Shown in pieces: positions 57,275 through 64,000 of a DNA stretch of 64,000 nt. This stretch comes from an uncultured Pseudomonadales bacterium. Lineage in GTDB: Bacteria; Patescibacteriota; Microgenomatia; UBA1400; UBA1396. The stretch covers positions 123,880 through 187,879 of the forward strand of contig CAZRWP010000002.1 of the NCBI GenBank assembly GCA_964603945.1, read 5' to 3'. Position 1 is the stretch's first letter. Every line of letters starts with the position of its first letter. The position numbers were made by a program, and so were the translations under genes. The notes beneath the pieces were generated by a model. The model searched no databases. It was not told the origin of the DNA and saw nothing but the letters and a program-made list of their open reading frames with translations.

Positions 57275-57604
57275 TTAGGTTAAATCTTCTATTGAGTATG
57301 GAAAAAGATCTTGACGCCTCTTTATCAAGGTACTTTTTTCATAGCCTTCAGGTAAATCATCTATTACTATTTGCATATAACGGTAAATTTCTTGATTTTC
57401 AGGCATGATTGAATGGGCGTCTGCAAGTAAATTGAATGATTCAGTATGATTCATGATTTCTCCACCTATGGCTTGATTAATTAACCACTTAACCTCTCGT
57501 TGTTTGCGTAATTCTTTGTCTTTAGGATCGGGCTGCTGATAATTAGGTGGTGGCTCGACGAAAGTTATGGGAGTTGCTTCAACAGGACTGTCTTGACCAT
57601 CCAA
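57275..57604 (-). CDS. hypothetical acidic protein; possibly the C-terminal continuation of 57737..60028 (same frame, separated by one TAA)
   Basis: TTG start as listed. The 44 in-frame codons upstream, back to the TAA at 57737-57739, are protein-like but contain no start codon. Confidence 0.35.
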   Translation of the reverse strand: MDGQDSPVEATPITFVEPPPNYQQPDPKDKELRKQREVKWLINQAIGGEIMNHTESFNLLADAHSIMPENQEIYRYMQIVIDDLPEGYEKSTLIKRRQDLFPYSIEDLT

Positions 57605-57736
57605 CTCTTCTAGATCGTCGGGCTCGTTAGCTAATTCATCAAAAGCATCCCAGTCATAAGGTGCATCATCAGGATTATCACCAGGGGGATTGGGTGGTAT
57701 TACCTCAGCAATTGGCGCAGACCTTGCCTGTTGTTC

Positions 57737-60028
57737 TTAAAAGTCTTCATCTACTTCGGCTTGATGCTCTTTTAAAGTTTTATCATAATCTTCATTATTT
57801 ACTTGAAGATCTTTAAGCCTTAATTTCAAAACATTGATCTTGTCTTGATTTGATATGCCTTTAACTAAGTAAAAATACTCAATATAACGTTTATCTTTTT
57901 TTGCATCATATTGAATAGCCGGCAAGACAATAGTGTCAAAATCAAGTTTTCCAGTGTTTAAGTCTGCAAGGATTTCTTCGTACAACGAAATGAGCTTGAT
58001 TTTGGCTGATAAGTAATTGGTTTTAAACAATTCTACGATTTCATCACCCTCATCAGCATAATGTTTTTGAAGAATTTTTAAATTCTCTTTCCTTTTCTGT
58101 GATTGATCATTTGATTCTGTGCGTCTTAACAAACGCTTCCACCATTTCTTTTTTGGTACATTATTGTCTGGTTCTTGATTATTGGGAAATATTGGCCGAG
58201 GATCGTTATTACCTTCACGAACTTCTTTATGGTCGCTTGTGCCGAGATGGGGCGTTTCTTCTGGTTTGTTCTTGAATAGAGATCTGTACTTAGGATCTGC
58301 AAAAACTCGTTGGACTGCATTCCAAAAACTAAAAGGCGTTGTTATGTCAAAATTATATATTTCAGCTAATATTTCAAGTGGAATATTGTTGGCTGTTAAT
58401 TCATTACCATTAGACAACCTTAATGTTATGCCTTTATCTTTATAGCTCTTAATTACTTGATTAAACGTATTGAGCGCATCTTCAGGAGAAATTTTATCGG
58501 CGTGCGACTGTAAAAATTCCTCTACTGTTTGAGGTTGTGGGGATTGATTGGGTTTTCGCTCTGAATTAATTGCACTAGTTGGTCTTGTGTCGTCATCTGA
58601 TATTGGTGGCTCGTCAATAGTAGGTTGGTTTACAGGGGTGATCGGAGTAGTAATCTCAGGAGATGAGTCAGCATTTACAACACCAGTACTTATAGGTTCA
58701 TCTGATGGTTGATCTTCATTTAACCATTCTTGAAGCCAATTCGGTGCACTTTCTTCCTTTGCGGGATCGGATATCGGTTCGGGATTCTGACTGTCAGTGA
58801 CGACAGTTGGGCTTGGCTCTACTGATTCAGGTTGAACAACTGACTCGATCGGGTTGACAAGGCTATCAAGCCTGCTTGAAGCATCATCAGAAGGTACAGA
58901 TTTAGTTGGAGCTTGCGATGTTGGTTGAGTTGTTGCAAGACTTTCAGGTTCACCAGCGCCTTCTGCTTCTAAGCTTGGGTTTGTATCTAGTGATACATGA
59001 AGCTCTTGACGTTTTTTAATCTCTTCCTTAGAAACTTCTGGTCCTGGACCAGTATCCACCCCTTTTGCCCTAAGCTGTTTTTGTAGCTTGGCTATCCTGG
59101 CCTCTGAATTATCAAGATAATTACTAACCAATGTTTTTTCTAAACTTGCAGCCTCATCTCGTAGCTGTTTAATTTGATCAAGATTATCATTTACCATCTT
59201 TAAAATCTCATCTTGTCTAGTTTGTGCCTCGGCAAATGCTTGCTGAGCTTCTTTTAGTAAAAACTCTGCTGTTTGGAAATCATTCATTTTTGCAACGTGT
59301 TCATCAGAAAGAATTTCCTCTTCTTCTGGATCGAATTCATTGTTGGATTTAAGTATTGTTTCCTGTTCGTCTCGGATCTGAAAAGCGGTTTTAATTTCGC
59401 TTGTAGCATGGGCTAGGGAGATATGCGCATCTCTGGCATCAGGAAATAAAGATTTATTAGCTTGGCTCAGTTCTTCAATTGCAGATCTTATTTGAGACAA
59501 TCTTTCATGGGAAGCTTGAAACTCAGCTTTTTTTCGTGCATTTTTAGCCTGTTGCTCACGGTAAGCTTGCTTGGCATCTTCGTATAGTTTGATAGTTTCA
59601 ATGTTTCTAGTCTCAAGACCTTGATACATTCCAAGCTCAATGGCCAGTGCCTCTCTCACTTTCTCATTACCCGCTTCCTCAATACGTTTTTCTAGATCAG
59701 CGATAATTGAGCTGAAATCAACTTTACTTCGATCTTTTATTTCTTTATCCAAATCTTTGACAAAAGCATGTCCGGTCTCTTCTAGAGCATCTTCACGGAC
59801 AGCAGTATTAGCAACTCTTAGATTTCGATCAAGATCATGCCCAAGTTGCTCAGAAAAATCGTGAGGAAGATCTTGTGAGCGCAAACCACTTGGAAATTCA
59901 GGGTTATTCTTTAATTTATCATCTAGCTGTTGTCTAAATTCTGCCTCTGAGGCAATGTGAAAGGGTTCATCTATTGTTTCATTAGGTTGAGTTGTTTGGT
60001 CAGATACTTCTTGTCGATTTGCAGTCAT
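57737..60028 (-). CDS. large hypothetical protein (763 aa), coiled-coil N-terminal half with a Pro/Ser-rich disordered centre
   Basis: Heptad-like charged segments. PESVEPSPTVVTDSQNPEPISDPAKEE low-complexity region. Confidence 0.5.
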   Translation of the reverse strand: MTANRQEVSDQTTQPNETIDEPFHIASEAEFRQQLDDKLKNNPEFPSGLRSQDLPHDFSEQLGHDLDRNLRVANTAVREDALEETGHAFVKDLDKEIKDRSKVDFSSIIADLEKRIEEAGNEKVREALAIELGMYQGLETRNIETIKLYEDAKQAYREQQAKNARKKAEFQASHERLSQIRSAIEELSQANKSLFPDARDAHISLAHATSEIKTAFQIRDEQETILKSNNEFDPEEEEILSDEHVAKMNDFQTAEFLLKEAQQAFAEAQTRQDEILKMVNDNLDQIKQLRDEAASLEKTLVSNYLDNSEARIAKLQKQLRAKGVDTGPGPEVSKEEIKKRQELHVSLDTNPSLEAEGAGEPESLATTQPTSQAPTKSVPSDDASSRLDSLVNPIESVVQPESVEPSPTVVTDSQNPEPISDPAKEESAPNWLQEWLNEDQPSDEPISTGVVNADSSPEITTPITPVNQPTIDEPPISDDDTRPTSAINSERKPNQSPQPQTVEEFLQSHADKISPEDALNTFNQVIKSYKDKGITLRLSNGNELTANNIPLEILAEIYNFDITTPFSFWNAVQRVFADPKYRSLFKNKPEETPHLGTSDHKEVREGNNDPRPIFPNNQEPDNNVPKKKWWKRLLRRTESNDQSQKRKENLKILQKHYADEGDEIVELFKTNYLSAKIKLISLYEEILADLNTGKLDFDTIVLPAIQYDAKKDKRYIEYFYLVKGISNQDKINVLKLRLKDLQVNNEDYDKTLKEHQAEVDEDF

Positions 60029-60085
60029 ATTTTCCTTAATCTTCCTTTATATTCTCTCAAAGTTTTTAATCCGTAACAACAGCTA

Positions 60086-61078
60086 TTATCCCAATCCTGG
60101 CAGATTTAATATTGTTACGCCAATATATTCTAGGATGATGATTGAAAAGATGATGAAAAGTAGTCCACTAATAGCCGCTGTTATTAACTCTTTAGCTTGT
60201 TTAACTTTACCTGATTCACCACGTGAGGTGGTGAAGATAAAGGAAGAGGCCAAAATTGATAGGAATGAAGCCATACCAGCGACCCCTAATAATATCTTGA
60301 TTAAACTGGCGGCAAAGACGTTAAATTTTCCATCTTGAGCTACCTGAATACACCCAACCGCGGTAAAGATATACTCGCCTTCTATTCCTTTATTAACACA
60401 AGCTTGACAAGCTCCTCTTTGAGTTGAAGGGTCATTAATATCTCCAGGAACTTGATTGCAGTAGTCGAATGGAATTCCCGCTGTTGATTGTTTTACTTCG
60501 CAAGCATAAGAACTTTCACAGCACCATCGACTGTCGTAAGATGATGTTTCTACATCTTGAGTACAAAAGGATCCTCCAGCTTTGGCGCAAAACTCTCGTG
60601 CTGATGTATCAGTTGGAAATTCAGTGTGAGATAAATCTAAGCATCCTTCAGTAACTCGACATACGCCATCTGACGCACAAGAACCTCTTAAGCATTCGGA
60701 GTCATTCTTGCACGCGCCTCCTAGGTCAGATAAGCGTCCGGCAGAGAAGCACTCGCAAACTGATAGACCACCGCCAGATACTGTCTTTTTTCCTTCAAAA
60801 CACCAAGCGGCTGACGGGAAATCACCAAGCTCTGAATCATAGCAACAATATTGTCCGTAGCCACCACAGTTGGGAAAAGCTGATCTATCACTAGGATCTT
60901 TGCAGATTCCACTAAAGCCTGAGCCAAGGTCATTTCTCTCACAAAATAATCCAGGAGCACATCCGCTATCTAGTTTGGTGTAATCACAGGATTCTCCAGC
61001 TGCTATTTGAGCTTTGACACTAGATTGGAAGAAAAAGAAATAAAATAATACTAATAATAGTAAAGTAATCCTTTTCAC
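60086..61078 (-). CDS. TrbC/VirB2-like pilin with a large N-terminal Cys-rich ectodomain
   Basis: Signal peptide. About 230-aa domain with more than 30 Cys. C-terminal LLGVAGMASFLSILASSFIFTTSRGESGKVKQAKELITAAISGLLFIIFSIIILEYIG resembles the VirB2/TrbC pilin core. Confidence 0.55.
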   Translation of the reverse strand: MKRITLLLLVLFYFFFFQSSVKAQIAAGESCDYTKLDSGCAPGLFCERNDLGSGFSGICKDPSDRSAFPNCGGYGQYCCYDSELGDFPSAAWCFEGKKTVSGGGLSVCECFSAGRLSDLGGACKNDSECLRGSCASDGVCRVTEGCLDLSHTEFPTDTSAREFCAKAGGSFCTQDVETSSYDSRWCCESSYACEVKQSTAGIPFDYCNQVPGDINDPSTQRGACQACVNKGIEGEYIFTAVGCIQVAQDGKFNVFAASLIKILLGVAGMASFLSILASSFIFTTSRGESGKVKQAKELITAAISGLLFIIFSIIILEYIGVTILNLPGLG

Positions 61079-61121
61079 CTGGTTATTCTATCATTTACCT
61101 TATTTGAAAAGGAATAATTCT

Positions 61122-61799
61122 CTACTCCCCCGTATATTCCAGTAAATCGTTGTTTTTGCGGTCTTCACGGGCGCGGTCGCGGTCGTTGTATTCCATTTCC
61201 ACAATCCACTGATTGACGGAAAATGCCCAGGAGCCATTGCTGGAGGGGGTGTATTTGGTCATGATCTCTTCTGGTGTAGTGAGGCCGATATCGATGTAGC
61301 GCTCCTTGATTTCCCGGGCGGCGCGGTCAAAGCCAGCTTCGTAGTTTTCAAAACCTAAGGTGCCACGAGCGTGCACACCAAAGCCTAAGCAATTATAAGA
61401 ACCAGGTGGAATTGATTTGCAGAGGTTGCTTTCCTGCATCATGATGGCTGGCAGTAAGCGGTAGTCAAGATCATAGCGGTCAGCTGTTTCTACTAAGACT
61501 CGGCCAAAGTGATCATAGGGTTCCAGGGGTGAGCTATGGCGTTCCAGGAAATTGGCCACAATAAAAGTTCGGGCATCAGCGGTTTGAACAGCAGTCTTTA
61601 AGCCGGTGTCGCTTAGAGGAATAGGGATCGTGCGTTCGGAGGTGGTGCCGTCTGAGGTGGCAATAGTCACACCTGTACCTGGTTCTGGCTTTAATTCAAT
61701 TGTTCGCATTCGCCAGGCGCTAATGCTTAGCAAACTAAACAACAACACTGGAGCCAAAGACAAAAATAATCCACTGACAATATAACGCCACGCTGACAT
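61122..61799 (-). CDS. putative lytic transglycosylase-like protein (SLT-like), N-terminal TM
   Basis: LLPAIMMQESNLCKSIPPGSYNCLGFG resembles the SLT catalytic Glu-Ser region. Adjacent to the VirB2-like gene, so a VirB1-like role is possible. Weak. Confidence 0.4.
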   Translation of the reverse strand: MSAWRYIVSGLFLSLAPVLLFSLLSISAWRMRTIELKPEPGTGVTIATSDGTTSERTIPIPLSDTGLKTAVQTADARTFIVANFLERHSSPLEPYDHFGRVLVETADRYDLDYRLLPAIMMQESNLCKSIPPGSYNCLGFGVHARGTLGFENYEAGFDRAAREIKERYIDIGLTTPEEIMTKYTPSSNGSWAFSVNQWIVEMEYNDRDRAREDRKNNDLLEYTGE

Positions 61800-61859
61800 C
61801 CTTTATCATCCTAGCGATTTTTTCACTTGGCTACAAGCTATAGTCAAGACACTGAAAAT

Positions 61860-63041
61860 TTACAGACGCCTGACGAGCTTTTTGGAACTACTTGATTGGG
61901 TTGACCTAGTCTTAAGGGCTGACTTGCGTTTCGGCATTGTTTGCTCACGAATCAACCGGAACAGTATTCCCAGGCCGGCTAGACTCGAGACATAAGCCGA
62001 GCCCCCATAAGAAACCAAAGGCAAGGGAATGCCAGTTAATGGCAGAAGGGCGACCATAGCCGCCAGATTAATTAATATCTGCATGGCAAACCAAGTCGTG
62101 ATGCCCGCCGCCACTAAAAATTGAAACGGTTCCTTTTGTGATTTAGCAACTTCTACCCCAGTGCCAAGTAATAAGACGTACAGACCAATCAAAAATAGAG
62201 AGCCAATAAAGCCGGTTTCTTCAGCGTAAACGGCAAAAATAGAGTCATTAGCGGCTTCAGGAATGTAGTGTTGTTTTTGTTTAGACAGACCTATACCCTG
62301 CCCCAACCAACCTCCCCGGCCTAAAGCAATGGTTATTTGTCTGATGTGGTAAGACTTGACCAAAGGGTCGCTGGCCGGATTTATAAACGTCATCAAGCGT
62401 TCGCGCCGGTATTCAGCCCCAAAAATTAAAGCAATTCCCGCCACCAAAGAAATAGCTAAAAACACAAAGAGTGGTTTAAGATTGCCGCCAGCCAAAAAAT
62501 ACATGACGGCGCCAATGGAAAATAAGATGACGGCCGTACTCATGTTGGGTTGTGCGAGGATCAGCGTGGAAATTAAGGCAGAAAAAAACAAAAAAGGTGC
62601 AAAACGTTGATGTCTGGAAAGCCAGGACGCAAAAAAGACTATTAGCGCCAGTTTAGTAATTTCAGCTGGCTGAATGGGAATATCGCCAAGCATAATCCAA
62701 CGTTGAGCGCCTTGTAGACGAACTCCCACGCCAGGGATCAAGACAATGAATAATAGAAGCACCGCCATTCCAAAAAGCCAGGGCGCGGCCTTTTGCCAAA
62801 ATTGAGACGGAATCGTGCCTAAAAATAAATAAACAGTTAAGCCTATCGCCAGCCAGACGCTATGTCGGGCGGCAAAATGCCAGGAATTTCCATATGTCCG
62901 CAGACTGTCGGGTACCGAGGCGTCAAAGATAAATAGCAATCCAAACAAGGAAAAAAAGATTACAAACCAGGTAAATGGCCAAGGATGATTCAGCCATTCC
63001 AAAATATTGCGATGGGTGGGCAGTTGGCGGGTTCTTTTCAT
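61860..63041 (-). CDS. ftsW: SEDS family peptidoglycan polymerase FtsW/RodA
   Basis: About 10 TM. Motifs PGVGVRLQGAQRWI, DIPIQPAEITKLALI. Immediately downstream of murD, which is the dcw order. Confidence 0.8.
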   Translation of the reverse strand: MKRTRQLPTHRNILEWLNHPWPFTWFVIFFSLFGLLFIFDASVPDSLRTYGNSWHFAARHSVWLAIGLTVYLFLGTIPSQFWQKAAPWLFGMAVLLLFIVLIPGVGVRLQGAQRWIMLGDIPIQPAEITKLALIVFFASWLSRHQRFAPFLFFSALISTLILAQPNMSTAVILFSIGAVMYFLAGGNLKPLFVFLAISLVAGIALIFGAEYRRERLMTFINPASDPLVKSYHIRQITIALGRGGWLGQGIGLSKQKQHYIPEAANDSIFAVYAEETGFIGSLFLIGLYVLLLGTGVEVAKSQKEPFQFLVAAGITTWFAMQILINLAAMVALLPLTGIPLPLVSYGGSAYVSSLAGLGILFRLIREQTMPKRKSALKTRSTQSSSSKKLVRRL

Positions 63042-63042
63042 G

Positions 63043-64000
63043 CTATTCCGGAAGCTGGCGGACTAGTTCGTTAAATTGTTCGCCACGGTCAAATTCATTC
63101 GTAAACATTTCAAATGAGGTAAAGCCAGGTGAAAGTAGCACGGCTTCAGCTTTAAAATCTTGAGCCAGTTGACTAGCTTTTTGCACAGCCTCGGCTAATG
63201 ATTCAGCCAAAAAAAGTTGAGTTGGCGCCAAGTTCTGTTGATTGAAAGCCGTTTGAATTTCCTGTTGTCCGCTACCGCGCAGAAGAATAAGGGCGGTTGG
63301 CTGATTAGCTAGCTGGTTAATTAATTCGGGTGAAAGCGGCAGGTGTTTGGTGGCACCGCCAGCAATTAGGATAATTTTCTGATTTTTATAGGCATCTAGC
63401 GCTTTTTCCAAGGCGGTTGGCGTGGTGGCGGTAGTATCGTTGATATAGGTTACGCCTTGCTTGACGGCAATTGTCTCCAAGCGAAATGGCACGCCGTTAA
63501 AAGTTGCCATAGCCGACTGAATTTGCTCATTAGTAAGACCAAAAGACTGTACAGCCTGAATCGCTAAGGCAATATTTTCCCAATTGTGATCGCCTGGCAA
63601 GTTTGTTTGATATTGCTGACGTAGATCAGTAATCATTTCTTGAGTTATCTGATAAATATTAACCTCATCAGCTAGAGCATCTTCTAGCCAGGGAGACCAA
63701 TCACGATCAGCTTGATAAATGGCAGTATCTCCAGGTTTTTGATAAGAAAATAAATCGGTTTTGGCTTGTAGATAAGCCGACCAGTCTTGGTAACGGTTGA
63801 GATGATCTGGATAAATACTGGTGATGACGGCAATTTGCGCTGATGTTTTTGTGTATCGCAATGACTCAATTTGGAATGAAGAAATCTCAACTACTGTCCA
63901 GGTTTGATCATCTAGATTTATTAGCTGAGGTAATAGTGGACTGCCTGGAATATTGCCGGCTAAGACATGAGGAATATTAGCTGTTTGCAGAAAGTGAGAA
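63043..64000 (-). CDS. murD: UDP-N-acetylmuramoylalanine--D-glutamate ligase, C-terminal part (continues past window end)
   Basis: Frame open to 64000 (...TWTVVEISSFQIESL = the MurD ELSSFQLE block). DHLNRY. Mur-ligase C-terminal domain. The ORF-track start at 63861 is an internal TTG. Confidence 0.75.
   Translation of the reverse strand, partial: SHFLQTANIPHVLAGNIPGSPLLPQLINLDDQTWTVVEISSFQIESLRYTKTSAQIAVITSIYPDHLNRYQDWSAYLQAKTDLFSYQKPGDTAIYQADRDWSPWLEDALADEVNIYQITQEMITDLRQQYQTNLPGDHNWENIALAIQAVQSFGLTNEQIQSAMATFNGVPFRLETIAVKQGVTYINDTTATTPTALEKALDAYKNQKIILIAGGATKHLPLSPELINQLANQPTALILLRGSGQQEIQTAFNQQNLAPTQLFLAESLAEAVQKASQLAQDFKAEAVLLSPGFTSFEMFTNEFDRGEQFNELVRQLPE

Noticed and set aside
57737-60028. 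Assigning the 763-aa coiled-coil protein to a known family (SMC-like or M protein-like)
   Set aside because: Only compositional features (heptads, Pro-rich linker) are visible, with no diagnostic motif. Left as hypothetical.
1-64000. Alternative genetic code (UGA recoded, as in Gracilibacteria/SR1)
   Set aside because: TGA terminates many well-supported genes, and multi-kb ORFs are uninterrupted under the standard code.
1-64000. Insertion sequences / transposases
   Set aside because: No transposase-like ORF or terminal inverted repeats bracketing a transposase were found. The only recombinase-like sequence is the start-less tail fragment at 29888..30253.

Overview
This is a gene-dense 64 kb bacterial window with coding on both strands and standard genetic code (TGA functions as a stop). 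The gene content suggests a small-genome, CPR/Patescibacteria-like organism; this is an inference from content, not a database result. Supporting observations are a eukaryote-type long GMP synthase, a VirB2/TrbC-like pilin with a large Cys-rich ectodomain, giant repeat-rich surface proteins, and enolase fused to a mucin-like tail.

The housekeeping backbone comprises:
- pip, guaA and a phosphoribosyltransferase.
- The dnaG-rpoD operon.
- eno and ppsA.
- The murD-ftsW end of the dcw cluster.
- An ABC-2 exporter.
- Inositol monophosphatase.
- Two M20 peptidases.

Four tRNA genes are present: Asn-GTT, Leu-TAG and two Ser.

Accessory content is as follows:
- Two giant surface proteins of 1359 and 1421 aa, the second built from about 100-aa tandem beta-sandwich repeats and containing an exact 234-nt internal duplication.
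- Several secreted Cys-rich proteins, including one with a triplicated 40-aa, 7-Cys module.
- A CotH kinase-like, VTC-domain and DUF4956 cluster, flanked by two paralogous polytopic membrane proteins and a GT39-family glycosyltransferase.
- A tRNA-Asn-associated islet with a recombinase C-terminal remnant and uncharacterised genes.
- A conserved roughly 60-nt element at both tRNA-Ser loci, flanked by tRNA-3'-end-like direct repeats.
- An XRE/RadC-like JAB pair next to tRNA-Ser.

At least four, possibly five, genes are split by -1 frame changes located exactly at A/T homopolymer runs; each is restored by adding one base. That pattern points to systematic homopolymer under-calling in the assembly rather than true pseudogenes.

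Coordinates derived by hand-indexing (small ORFs, tRNAs, repeats) may be off by 1-2 nt.
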